This document shows, in pieces, positions 40,623 to 49,652 of a DNA stretch of 64,000 bases; the first letter of the stretch is position 1, and the number at the start of each line of letters is the position of its first letter. The notes below the pieces were generated by a model, which made no database searches, was not told the DNA's origin, and saw nothing but the letters and a program-made list of their open reading frames with translations. The stretch covers positions 72,725 through 136,724 of the forward strand of contig CAWGEC010000012.1 in the NCBI GenBank assembly GCA_963821535.1, read 5' to 3'. The DNA comes from an uncultured Actinomycetes bacterium (GTDB lineage Bacteria; Actinomycetota; Thermoleophilia; Gaiellales; JAICJC01). Both the position numbers and the translations under genes were made by a program.

Positions 40623-41908
40623 CGGATCCCCTCCGGAAGTGCCGGGCCGTGCGCTTCGATCATCGCATCGACCATCTCCGAGATCGCCTCCGGCGAGAGC
40701 GTGGCCGACGCGTTGGGGTCGAGAAGGGCGGCGTGGACGACGTGCTCGCGGTCGCCCTCGAGCGCCGCGCGCACGGTCAGCTCGCACACGTTCAAATAGG
40801 TGCGGTTGAGCGCCGCAAGCTGCGGCGGCAGCTCGCCGACTGCCGTGGGCTGCACGCCGTTTCCGTCGACCAGGCACGGCACCTCGACGCAGGCTCCGGC
40901 GGGCAGGTTGGAGATCAGGCCGTCGTTTCGCACGTTGCCGTAGATGACCCGCGGCTCGCCCGTCGCGATCGAGTGCACGATCAGCGAGGCGTACTCGAGG
41001 CTGCGCTCGATCTCGAACGCCCCTCCCGACGCGAGCGTCCGCCGCATCTCGTCGTAGAGCTCGAGGTTCTCCTCGCTCCGGCGCACGTACTCGTCGACGG
41101 GCACCCGGAACCGCTCGATCATCTCGTCGCTATGCATGAACCACGGCAGGTACTCGGCCGAGTGCTCGCTCGACTCGGTGGGGAAGTACCCGAGCCGGCG
41201 GTACATCTCGACCCGCACCCGGCGGCGCAGCTCCGGGTCGCGCTCGATGGCCTCGTCGAGGAGCGGGTAGAGGTCGCGGCCGTCGCGGGCGAAGCGCAGG
41301 ATCCACGCCTGGTGGTTGACGCCCGCGCCCAGGTAGTCGACCTCCTCGTAGGGGACGCCCACGATCTCGGCCAGGCCGCGGGTCGTCCACTGCACCGAGT
41401 GGCACAGGCCGACGACCCGGTGGATCGGCGAGCCGGCATACGTGGCCCAGCACAGCATGGCCATCGGGTTCGTGTAGTTGAGCAGCCACGCGTCGGGGCA
41501 GAGCTCCGACATGTCGGCGGCGATGTCGAGCATCACGGGGATGGTGCGGAGTGCGCGGAAGATGCCGCCCACGCCGAGGGTGTCGCCGATCGTCTGGCGC
41601 AGCCCGAACCTCTTCGGGATCTCGAAGTCGAGCAGGGTGGCCGCGTGCCCGCCGACCTGCACCATGTTGATGACGTGGTCGCAGCCGTCGATCGCGGCGC
41701 GCCGGTCGAGATGCGCCTCGATCGTCGCGCCCGCCCCGAGGGCGCCGCTCGTCCAGCGGGCCATCGCCGCCGCCGTGTCGAGCCGCTCGGAATCGATGTC
41801 GTGCAGCGCGATCGTGGCGTCGGAGAGCTCAGGGAACGTCAGGAGGTCGCCGAGCAGGTTCTTCGTGAACTCGACGCTTCCGGCACCGATGAACGCGATT
41901 CGCGTCAT
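40619..41908 (-). CDS. GH4 family NAD/Mn-dependent alpha-glycosidase (AglA/MelA-like)
   Basis: MTRIAFIGAGSVEFTKNLLGDLL (Rossmann), NYTNPMAM, GLCHSV, GVNHQAW. Intact, with no signal peptide. Confidence 0.85.
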   Translation of the reverse strand: MTRIAFIGAGSVEFTKNLLGDLLTFPELSDATIALHDIDSERLDTAAAMARWTSGALGAGATIEAHLDRRAAIDGCDHVINMVQVGGHAATLLDFEIPKRFGLRQTIGDTLGVGGIFRALRTIPVMLDIAADMSELCPDAWLLNYTNPMAMLCWATYAGSPIHRVVGLCHSVQWTTRGLAEIVGVPYEEVDYLGAGVNHQAWILRFARDGRDLYPLLDEAIERDPELRRRVRVEMYRRLGYFPTESSEHSAEYLPWFMHSDEMIERFRVPVDEYVRRSEENLELYDEMRRTLASGGAFEIERSLEYASLIVHSIATGEPRVIYGNVRNDGLISNLPAGACVEVPCLVDGNGVQPTAVGELPPQLAALNRTYLNVCELTVRAALEGDREHVVHAALLDPNASATLSPEAISEMVDAMIEAHGPALPEGIR

Positions 41909-41918
41909 GCGCGAAAGT

Positions 41919-41942
41919 GTTTCAGATTTGATAGAAACGAGC
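41919..41942. promoter_or_regulatory. candidate DeoR-type operator half-sites in the GH4 / aldolase divergent promoter
   Basis: GTTTCAGATTTGATAGAAACGAGC: GTTTC-N10-GAAAC plus GAAACGAGC. Its complement GCTCGTTTC recurs at 49626-49634. Confidence 0.3.
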
Positions 41943-41946
41943 AAGA

Positions 41947-42813
41947 ATGTTCACGATCGCGGAGCAGCGTGCGCTCGACCAGCTGTCCACTCCGGGCGGC
42001 CGTCTGGGCATCCTGGCGGCCGATCAGCGCACCAAGCTCGTCGCGGCACGCGAGGCCGCGGGCCTCCCCTCCGACGTCGAGTCGCTGCGCGCCTTCAAGC
42101 TCGACCTCGTCCAGGCGCTCGGCCCGCACGCGCCGGGCATACTGCTCGATCCCGAGATCGCCCTCCCCCACGTCCTCGAGCAGCGTGCGCTTCCCGGGCA
42201 TACCGGCCTTCTGGTGTCGCTCGAGCGAAGCGGCGCGGTCCCCGCACCCGGCGGGCTGCGGGCGGCCGAGCTCCTGCCCGGTGTCGGGGCGAGCGGCGTC
42301 AGGCGGCTGGGCGGGACGGCGGCGAAGCTCCTCGTGCGCCTGCGGGCCGACCGGGAGGACGCCGACGGCGCGAATGCCGCGTTGATCCGCTCGGCCGTTG
42401 CCGACTGCGCAGCCGCCCACCTGCTCCTCGTCGTCGAGGTGCTGGCCCACCGGACGGACGACGAGGATGCCGCGGCCTTCGCCGCGCGCCGGCCGGGTCT
42501 GATCCGCGACGGGGCGCTCCTCGCCGAGGCATGCGGCGCCCGATTCCTCAAGCTCGAGTACCCGGGCGACGCCGCCGGCTGCGAGGCGCTGACCGACGCG
42601 CTCGGCGCGCCGTGGGCGCTGCTCTCGTCCGGCGTCGACCACGAGACGTTCGTCGGCCAGCTCCGGATCGCGCTCGCGGCCGGCGCGGCGGGGTTCATCG
42701 CCGGCCGGTCGATCTGGAAGGAGTCCGTCGCCATGGACGCCGGCGCGCGGCGCGCGTTCCTGAACGGCGAGGCGCGGCGACGCCTGGACGAGCTCCTCGA
42801 GATGGTCGCGTAG
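41947..42813 (+). CDS. LacD/YihT-family class I aldolase (tagatose-1,6-bisphosphate aldolase-like)
   Basis: Intact 288 aa. GRLGILAADQRTKL..., AKLLVRL, FLKLEYPGD. Confidence 0.7.
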   Translation: MFTIAEQRALDQLSTPGGRLGILAADQRTKLVAAREAAGLPSDVESLRAFKLDLVQALGPHAPGILLDPEIALPHVLEQRALPGHTGLLVSLERSGAVPAPGGLRAAELLPGVGASGVRRLGGTAAKLLVRLRADREDADGANAALIRSAVADCAAAHLLLVVEVLAHRTDDEDAAAFAARRPGLIRDGALLAEACGARFLKLEYPGDAAGCEALTDALGAPWALLSSGVDHETFVGQLRIALAAGAAGFIAGRSIWKESVAMDAGARRAFLNGEARRRLDELLEMVA

Positions 42814-43710
42814 ATGCCCCCGCCCGCCGCCCTCGACCTGCTCGTCGTGGGCGACTGCAACCCGGATCTGCTGCTCGTCGGCGGCGACGCGGTGCCGGAG
42901 TTCGGCCAGCGCGAGCAGCTCGTCGACCAGGCGGTGCTGACGATCGGCGGCTCGGGCTCGATCACCGCGTGCGGCGCCGCGCGGCTCGGCCTCTCGGCGG
43001 CCCTCGTCGCGGCCGTGGGATGCGACCACTTCGGCTCGCACGTGCTCGAGGAGGTGGCGGCGCGCGGCGTCGACGTCTCGAGGTGCCCGCGCCGCGACGG
43101 CGACCCGACGGGCATCACGGTCATCCTGGCCCGGGGCGACGACCGCGCGATCCTGACCTCGATCGGCGCCATCGCCGGGCTGACGGGCGCGGACGTCGAC
43201 CCCGGCCTGCTCCGCTCGGCGCGCCATCTCCACATCGCGTCGTACTTCCTCCTTCACGGCCTGCGCGCCGGCCTCCCGGACATCGTCTCGACGGCCCGCG
43301 CCGCCGGCGTCACCGTCTCGCTCGACCCGCAGGACGACCCGGCCGGGCGCTGGGAGTCCGGGCTTCCCGAGCTCGTCAGGAACGTCGATGTGCTCTTCGT
43401 GAACGAGCGCGAGAGCGCCGGCATCGACACGAGCGGCTGCCCGCTCGTGGTCGTGAAGCGCGGCCCCCGTGGGGCGGTCGCACGGACGCCCGAGGGCGAG
43501 GTCGACCACCCGGCCGTGCCCGTCGCCATGGTCGACGCAACAGGCGCGGGCGACAGCTTCGACGCCGGGTTTCTGGCGGCCTGGCTCGCCGGGCAGCCCG
43601 TGGCCGATGCGCTCGCGCTGGCGTGCGCCTGCGGGGCGCTGTCGACGCGCGCGCCCGGCGGGACCGACGCCCAGCCGACGATGGACGAGGCGAGGGCGGC
43701 GCTCGCATGA
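42814..43710 (+). CDS. PfkB family carbohydrate kinase
   Basis: Intact 298 aa. DLLVVGDCNPDLL, and the C-terminal DATGAGDSFDAGFLAA motif. Confidence 0.85.
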   Translation: MPPPAALDLLVVGDCNPDLLLVGGDAVPEFGQREQLVDQAVLTIGGSGSITACGAARLGLSAALVAAVGCDHFGSHVLEEVAARGVDVSRCPRRDGDPTGITVILARGDDRAILTSIGAIAGLTGADVDPGLLRSARHLHIASYFLLHGLRAGLPDIVSTARAAGVTVSLDPQDDPAGRWESGLPELVRNVDVLFVNERESAGIDTSGCPLVVVKRGPRGAVARTPEGEVDHPAVPVAMVDATGAGDSFDAGFLAAWLAGQPVADALALACACGALSTRAPGGTDAQPTMDEARAALA

Positions 43711-44606
43711 TCCTGTGCGTCGCCGCCAACCCGTCGATCGACCGTCTGTTCACAGTCGAGGAGCTCGTGCCGGGCAGCATCCACCGCCCTGCGGAGTTCG
43801 TCCAGGTGCCCGGGGGGAAGGGGCTGAACGTGGCCCGCGCGGCAACGGCGCTCGGCGGCGACGTGACCGCGGCCGCGCTCCTGGGAGGGCACGCCGGCCG
43901 GTGGATCGCGCAGGAGCTCGAGGCGGAGGCCATCCCGCTCCATGCGGCGTGGGCGGCGGCCGAGACCCGCTCGTCGCTCTCGGTCGCCGGTGCGCTCGAG
44001 GGGCTCACGGAGTTCTACGAGCACGGGCAACCGGTGACCGCCGGCGAATGGGCGGCCTTCGCCGAGCTCGTCACCGGCCTCGCCGCGGGGGCGGCCTGGA
44101 TCACCCTCTCGGGCTCGCTCCCCGTCGGGGCGCCGGCCGACGGCTACCTCCGCCTGGCCGGCCTGGCCCGGGTGGCCTTCGACACCCGCGAGGCGGGGCT
44201 GGACGGGCGGCCGGACATCGTGAAGCTGAACGCGGCCGAGGCCGCGCACGCCACCTCGACCGACACGAGCGACCGGGCCGGGGCGATCGCCGCGGCCGCC
44301 GCCCTGCACGAGCGCACAGGTGGGGCCGCGATCGTGACGCGCGGCGAGGACGGGGCGGTGATGGTGACCCCCGAGGGGGAGCGGCTCGAGGGACGGGCCG
44401 AGAGCCGCGGCTCGTACCCGGTCGGAAGCGGCGACGCGTTCCTCGCCGGGCTCGTCGTGGCGCTGGACGGCGGCGCCGGCTGGCCCGACGCCCTGCGCGC
44501 GGCCCTCGGCGCCGGAGCGGCCAACGCCGAGCAACCGGGCGCCGGGCGGCTCGACCGGTCGCGGGCGGCCGAGCTGGCCGAGCAGGCCGCTGTGCAGCCC
44601 GCCTAA
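43707..44606 (+). CDS. PfkB family kinase of the 1-phosphofructokinase / tagatose-6-phosphate kinase (FruK/LacC) type
   Basis: ATGA overlap. MILCVAANPSIDRLF...VPGGKGLNVARA...PVGSGDAFLAGL. The stop TAA lies inside REP copy 5a. Confidence 0.8.
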   Translation: MILCVAANPSIDRLFTVEELVPGSIHRPAEFVQVPGGKGLNVARAATALGGDVTAAALLGGHAGRWIAQELEAEAIPLHAAWAAAETRSSLSVAGALEGLTEFYEHGQPVTAGEWAAFAELVTGLAAGAAWITLSGSLPVGAPADGYLRLAGLARVAFDTREAGLDGRPDIVKLNAAEAAHATSTDTSDRAGAIAAAAALHERTGGAAIVTRGEDGAVMVTPEGERLEGRAESRGSYPVGSGDAFLAGLVVALDGGAGWPDALRAALGAGAANAEQPGAGRLDRSRAAELAEQAAVQPA

Positions 44607-44650
44607 CCCCATGGGGCCAGGCCCCATCCGGGGCCTGGCCCCGGTGGTTC
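44604..44650. repeat. REP-like double palindrome, copy 5a
   Basis: TAACCCCATGGGGCCAGGCCCCATCCGGGGCCTGGCCCCGGTGGTTC. Confidence 0.9.
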
Positions 44651-44660
44651 GGCTCGTCGG

Positions 44661-44707
44661 TAACCCCGTGGGGCCAGGCCCCACTCGGGGTCTGGCCCCG
44701 GTGGTGC
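44661..44707. repeat. REP-like double palindrome, copy 5b (tandem, 10-nt spacer)
   Basis: TAACCCCGTGGGGCCAGGCCCCACTCGGGGTCTGGCCCCGGTGGTGC. Confidence 0.9.
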
Positions 44708-44713
44708 GCCTCG

Positions 44714-45730
44714 CTACTCGATCCGCTCGCCGCTCACCTCGTCGAACAGGTGCACCTGCCCGGCCGGCGCCGACAGGGCCACCCGCTCGCCGGGCGACAA
44801 CCGTGCGTCGCCGGCCAGCCGCGCCACCACGGCGTCTCCCCCGCCCGTCACGCCGTGCACGAAGACATCGCTCCCGAGCGGCTCGACCACCTCGGCCAGC
44901 ACGTCGAGTGTGATCCCGCCGGGAGCCTCGCCCGCCGGGCGCAGGAGCTCCGGGCGGATGCCGACGACCACTCCGTCCGCCTGACCAACCGCCGGGCCCG
45001 GCAGGAGGTTCATGGCGGGGCTGCCGACGAACCGGGCCACGAAGATGTTGCGCGGCGCGCGATAGATGTCCTCCGGCGTCCCCACCTGCTGGAGCCGGCC
45101 CCGGTCCATCACCGCGATGCGGTCGCCCAGCGTCATCGCCTCGACCTGGTCGTGGGTGACGAAGATCATCGTCGTCTCGAGGCGTGCGTGCAGCCGCTTC
45201 AGCTCGGCGCGCAGCTCGGCGCGCAGCTTGGCGTCGAGGTTCGAGAGCGGCTCGTCGAGGAGGAACGCCACCGGCTCGCGGATGAGCGCCCGGCCCATCG
45301 CCACCCGCTGGCGCTGGCCGCCGGAGAGCTGCGCGGGCTTGCGGTTGAGAAGCTCGGTCAGCTCGAGCATCTCGGCCACGTCGGCCACCCTCCGGGCGAC
45401 GTCGGCCCGCGGCATCCGGCGCCGCTGCAGCGGGAACGCCAGGTTCTTGCGGACCGTCATGTGCGGGTAGAGGGCGTAGCTCTGGAACACCATCGCGATG
45501 TCGCGCGCCGCCGGCGACAGGCCCGCCACGTCGCGGTCGCCGATCGCGATCGTGCCCGAGGTGGGCTGCTCGAGCCCCGCCACCATCCGAAGCGCGGTCG
45601 ACTTGCCGCACCCCGACGGCCCGACGAGCACCATCAGCTCGCCGTCCGCGACCTCCAGGTCGAGCGCGTCGACCGCCGTCGTGTCGTCCCCGAACCGCTT
45701 CGTGACCGACCGGAACTCGACCCTCGCCAT
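44714..45730 (-). CDS. sugar ABC transporter ATP-binding protein (MalK/UgpC/MsmX type)
   Basis: Intact 338 aa. GPSGCGKST, LSGGQRQRVAMGRAL, LLDEPLSNLD, and a C-terminal TOBE-like region. Confidence 0.9.
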   Translation of the reverse strand: MARVEFRSVTKRFGDDTTAVDALDLEVADGELMVLVGPSGCGKSTALRMVAGLEQPTSGTIAIGDRDVAGLSPAARDIAMVFQSYALYPHMTVRKNLAFPLQRRRMPRADVARRVADVAEMLELTELLNRKPAQLSGGQRQRVAMGRALIREPVAFLLDEPLSNLDAKLRAELRAELKRLHARLETTMIFVTHDQVEAMTLGDRIAVMDRGRLQQVGTPEDIYRAPRNIFVARFVGSPAMNLLPGPAVGQADGVVVGIRPELLRPAGEAPGGITLDVLAEVVEPLGSDVFVHGVTGGGDAVVARLAGDARLSPGERVALSAPAGQVHLFDEVSGERIE

Positions 45731-45733
45731 TCG

Positions 45734-46552
45734 TCAGCCCTTGACCCCGGTCGAGGCGAGCGACTGCACGAACCACCGCTGGGCGAAGATGAACACGAGC
45801 AGCATCGGCGCGAGCGCCATCACGTTGCCGGCCATGAGCAGCGTCCAGTTCGTCTGGTGCGCCCCCTGGAACGAGGCCAGGCCCAGCTGCACGGTGCTGT
45901 GGCTGGTGGTCGAGATGACGATGAGCGGCCACAGGAAGTCGTTCCACGTCCACAGGAACGTGACGATCGCGAGCGTCGCGAGCGCCGGCATCGAGAGCGG
46001 CAGGACGATGCGGAAGAGCACGCCCAGGCGCGAGCAGCCGTCGATGCGGGCGGCCTCCTCGAGCTCGACCGGGAGCGTGCGGAAGAACTGGCGCAGGAGG
46101 AAGATCCCGAACGGCGTGACCAGGTTCGGAGCGATCAGGGCCCCCAGCGAGTCGACCAGGCCCAGGTGCTGGACGATCAGGAACGTCGGGATCATGATCA
46201 CCTGGAACGGCACCATCAGCGTCGCCAGCAGCGCGATGAACGTCACGTCGCGGCCGAAGAAGCGAAGCCGGGCGAACGCGTAGCCGGCGAGGCTGCACAG
46301 GAGCAGGTTCCCCGCGACCGCCGCCAGCGTCACGATCAGGCTGTTGGCGAAGAAGCGGCCGAACGGGGCGGCGTCGAGCGCGTCGGGGTAGTTCTGCCAG
46401 TGGATGCCTGACGGGACGAGGGTCGGCGGGAAGTGGCGCGACTCGGGCAGCGTCTCGATCGACGTCACGAGCATCCACACCAGCGGCAGCAGCATCACCG
46501 CCGACAGCGGGACGAGGACGAGGTGCCGCGGGCTGAAGGGCCACGTCCTCAT
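45734..46552 (-). CDS. carbohydrate ABC transporter permease (MalG-like)
   Basis: MRTWPFSPRHLVLVPLSAVMLL... The EAA loop is ELEEAARIDGCSRLGVLFRIVLP. The ATGA overlaps the upstream permease. Confidence 0.85.
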   Translation of the reverse strand: MRTWPFSPRHLVLVPLSAVMLLPLVWMLVTSIETLPESRHFPPTLVPSGIHWQNYPDALDAAPFGRFFANSLIVTLAAVAGNLLLCSLAGYAFARLRFFGRDVTFIALLATLMVPFQVIMIPTFLIVQHLGLVDSLGALIAPNLVTPFGIFLLRQFFRTLPVELEEAARIDGCSRLGVLFRIVLPLSMPALATLAIVTFLWTWNDFLWPLIVISTTSHSTVQLGLASFQGAHQTNWTLLMAGNVMALAPMLLVFIFAQRWFVQSLASTGVKG

Positions 46553-47432
46553 GAGCTGTAGTGCACCCGCCGGCTCCCGAGCCAGAGCTGGACGACCGAG
46601 AACACGAGCGTGATCAGGAACAGCACCTCGGCGGCGGCCGCGGCGTAGCCGGCGTGGAAGAGCTCGAACGCCTGGTTGTAGAGGAAGTAGACGAGCACCG
46701 TGGTCGCGTGCAGCGGCCCGCCGCGGGTGGTGACGTAGATCTCGTCGAACACCTGGAGGGCGTTGATCGTCGACCACACGATCAGAAACAGCGTGGCGGG
46801 CGAGAGCAGCGGCCAGACGACGTGGCGGAAGGTCGCCCACCGGCCGGCGCCGTCGAGCTGGGCCGCCTCCAGCAGATCCTCCGGGATCCCCTGGAGGGCG
46901 GCCAGGTAGATGATCACGTCGAAACCGAGCCAGCCCCACACCGTCATCGCGACGATCGCGTAGAGCGCCTGGTCGGGATCCTGAAAGAACCCGTACGGCC
47001 CCAGGCCGACCTTGTCGAGGAGGAAGTTCGCGATGCCGTAGGTCGGGTCGAGCAGCCAGTTGAAGATGATCCCGGTGGCGACCGTCGAGGTCGCGACGGG
47101 CACGAACACCGCGGTGCGGTAGAAGCGCGAGAACCGGATCGGGCGGTGAAGCAGGAGCGCCACGCCATCGCGCCGCCCACCGACAGCGGCACGAAGAGCG
47201 CGGTGTAGACGAGCGTGCGCCGGATCGAGTCGCGAAAGACCGGGTCGTGGACGAGCGTTCGGTAGTTGTCCAGACCGACCCAGGTCGGCGCCGTGAGCAG
47301 GTCGTTCTGCTGGAACGAGAGCAGGAGCGCCCAGCCGATCGGCAGGATCCCGAAGACGCCGATCAGGACCACGGCGGGGAGGACGAACAGCCAGCCCGCC
47401 AGGTGGTCCGAGCCGAGCGCTCGTTGGATCAC
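46549..47432 (-). pseudogene. carbohydrate ABC transporter permease (MalF-like), one frame change
   Basis: The GTG at 47432 (VIQRALGSDHLAGWLFVLPAVVLIG...TLVYTALFVPLSVGGA, frame of 46944..48215) continues in ORF 46549..47163 (ALLLHRPIRFSRFYR...EAAQLDGAGRWATFRHVVWP). The switch lies near 47165. Confidence 0.8.
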
Positions 47433-48706
47433 GACCCGTTCGCGAGGATCTGGTCGACCTGCTGGGCCGCCTGGTCGAGCGCCTGCTGAGGCTGGGCCTT
47501 CCCGAGCAGCATCGCCTGGATCGCCTGCCCCATCGCCTGGGAGATCTCGTTGTAGGTGGGGATCACCGGCCGCGCCTTGAGCGCGTTCTGCTCGTTGTCG
47601 ACGAACGTCCCGACCCCCGTGGTACTTGGCCGTGTACTTCGGATACGTCGGCGTCTGGGTCTGCGATGCGCGGATCGGCAGGTCGCCGGTGGCCAGCGAC
47701 CACTGCATCGCCTCGGTCGGCGACGTGAACCACTTGAGGAACGTCCACGCCGCGTTTCGCCGGTCGTCGCCGTTGTCGAACATCACCCACTGGTCGGGGC
47801 CCGAGATCGTCTGGTGGTTCTCGTTCCCCGGGAGGATCTGGACGCCGTAGTCGACGTCCGGGAACCCGGAGAGGTCCCACGGCCCGGTGAAGAGCATCCC
47901 GATCTTGCCCGAGTTGAAGAGGTTGGCGTAGTTGCCGTTGCCGTTGTCGAGGTAGACGGAGTGGTCGACGGTCGCCATCTGCTGGAGCAGGGTCGCCGCC
48001 GCGACGCCGGCCGGGGAGTTGAACGCCGCGTGCTTCTGGTCGGGCGTCAGGATGTCGCCGCCGGCCTGCCAGAGCAGCGCGTCGAAGCGCCACACCGTGT
48101 CCTCGCTCGCGTCGTTCACGTACGCCCAGCCGAACTGCTTCGCCGACGGGTCGGTCAGGCGCTTGGCCGCCGCGCGGAAGTCGTCCCAGGTCCAGTCGGC
48201 GGTCGGGTAGGCCATGCCGGCCTGATCGAAGAGCTTCTTGTTGTAGACGAGGGCGAGGTTGTCGACGAGCGCCGGGACGCCGACGATCTTGTCCGCCCAC
48301 GGTCACAGCCTGGCGCTCGGCGGGCCAGAAGTCGTTCCAGTTGATCGACGGGTCGGCCTTGATGAGCGGAGCGACGTCGACCGCCTTGGGCGTGCGGGCC
48401 ATGTTCGCGGCCCACGAGCCGTACAGGTAGACGATGTCGGGGTAGGAGCCACCGCGGATCGCCGTCAGCACCTTCTGCAGCGCGTAGTCGGCGTTGCCGT
48501 AGTTCTGGACGGTGACGTGGATCTTGGAATGCGTTGCGTTGAAGCGCTTCGCGGCGTCGGCGAGCGCCTTGCCCTCGACGTCGACGTACCCGTGCCACAG
48601 CACGATGTTGACCCGGCCGCCGTTCGACGAGCCGGAGCCCGAGCCGCCGCAGCCGGCGACGAGGACGAGCAGCGAGAGCGGCGACGAGCAGGAGCGAGCG
48701 TCTCAT
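47429..48706 (-). pseudogene. sugar ABC transporter substrate-binding lipoprotein, three frame changes
   Basis: MRRSLLLVA / LSLLVLVAGCGGSGSGSSNGGRVNIVLWHGYVDVEGKAL... (lipobox LVAGC) / DKIVGVPALVDNLALVYNKKLFDQAGMAYP...FTGPWDLSG... / VGTFVDNEQNALKARPVIPTYNEISQAMGQ... Switches lie near 48675, 48300 and 47612 (the last is an extra G in a G5 run). Confidence 0.8.
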
Positions 48707-49578
48707 GGGAGCACCACCGATCGTGTCAGGTTGCGGGGGTTTGACGGGTCGAGGCCGCGGACGTGCGCGAGCGCGATCGCGAGCCGGTGGGCGAGCACGA
48801 GCGAGGCGAGCGGCTCGGCCTCCGGGTCGAGGAGCGTCGCCCCGGTCGCGCGGACGTCGGATTCGAGGTCGGGGTCGAGCTCGCCCGATGGGGATCACGA
48901 GGGTGCGGGAGTCGGCGGTCGCGATCGGGCCCGTGCCGGTACTCCATCGCGGGGTAGGCCTCGCTCCACGCCTGGGCCGCCTCGCGCAGCTTGAGCGCCG
49001 CCTCATGGCCAGCCCGACCGTCCAGCCCCGGCCCAGGAAGTGGAAGCGGTCGAAGCCGGCCGGGTCGATCGGGAGCGGCAGCTCGAGCACGCGCTCGGCG
49101 GCGGCGACCGCCGGGGCCGGGTCGATGCCCATGTGCGCCCGCAGCAGGACGAGCGCCGTGGTGGCGAACCGGGTCTGGACGACGGAGCGCTCGTCGGCGA
49201 AGGGCAGCACCACGACCCGCCCGGCCGTCCGGGCAAGCGGGCTGCTCGGCGACCGCCGTGATCGCAACGGTCGGAACGCGCTCGCCGATGACCGCGACGA
49301 CGTCGAGCACCTCGGTCGTCGTGCCCGACCGCGAGATCGCGAGCACCGCGTCGTAGGCGCGGCCGGCCGGGAACTCCGAGGCCGGGAACGCGTCGGTCTC
49401 GCCCAGGCCGGCCGACTCCCGCGAGCGCCGCGTACGCGGCCGCGATGTAGAACGACGTGCCGCAGCCGACGACGCCCACGCGCTCGCCGTCGCGTGGCAG
49501 GGCCGCGCCGGCGTCGAGCCGGGCCGCCTCGCGCCAGACCTCGGGCTGGCTCGCGACCTCCTGCTCGATTGCGCTCAT
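48703..49578 (-). pseudogene. SIS-domain sugar-phosphate isomerase/deaminase (AgaS/FrlB-like), five frame changes
   Basis: MSAIEQEVASQPEVWRE...VGVVGCGTSFYIAAAYAAL / RESAGLGETDAFPASEF...LAISRSGTTTEVLDVV...AVAEQP / LARTAGRVVVLPFADERSVVQTRFATTAL...GRGWTVGLA / HEAALKLREAAQAWSEAYPAMEYRHGP / IATADSRTLVIPIG / ELDPDLES...AHRLAIALAHVRGLDPSNPRNLTRSVVLP. Switches lie near 49425, 49245, 49008, 48925 and 48885. Confidence 0.75.
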
Positions 49579-49611
49579 ATCGAGTGACTTTATGCCGAAA
49601 ACGATCAGATA

Positions 49612-49634
49612 TCAACGAGCTTCCTGCTCGTTTC
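49612..49634. promoter_or_regulatory. candidate DeoR-type operator palindrome in the SIS / DeoR divergent promoter
   Basis: TCAACGAGC-TTCCT-GCTCGTTTC has a perfect 7-nt inverted repeat, AACGAGC/GCTCGTT. It lies in the 74-nt AT-enriched gap. A related GAAAACGA sits at 49597-49604. Confidence 0.35.
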
Positions 49635-49652
49635 ACCGATACACTGGGCCGA

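Noticed and set aside
41478-44606. 1042-aa ORF, and the 649-aa ORF 27233..29182.
   Set aside because: Only the last 299 aa (FruK/LacC-type kinase from the ATG at 43707) of the first ORF show protein-like sequence. The same is true of the last 267 aa (PuuD-like) of the second. The upstream parts are shadow frames over other genes.
44604-44707. Possible CRISPR array or tandem direct repeat.
   Set aside because: There are only two units, separated by 10 nt. The units are strongly self-complementary, and identical units occur singly elsewhere at gene ends. No cas genes are present. This is REP-like, not CRISPR.
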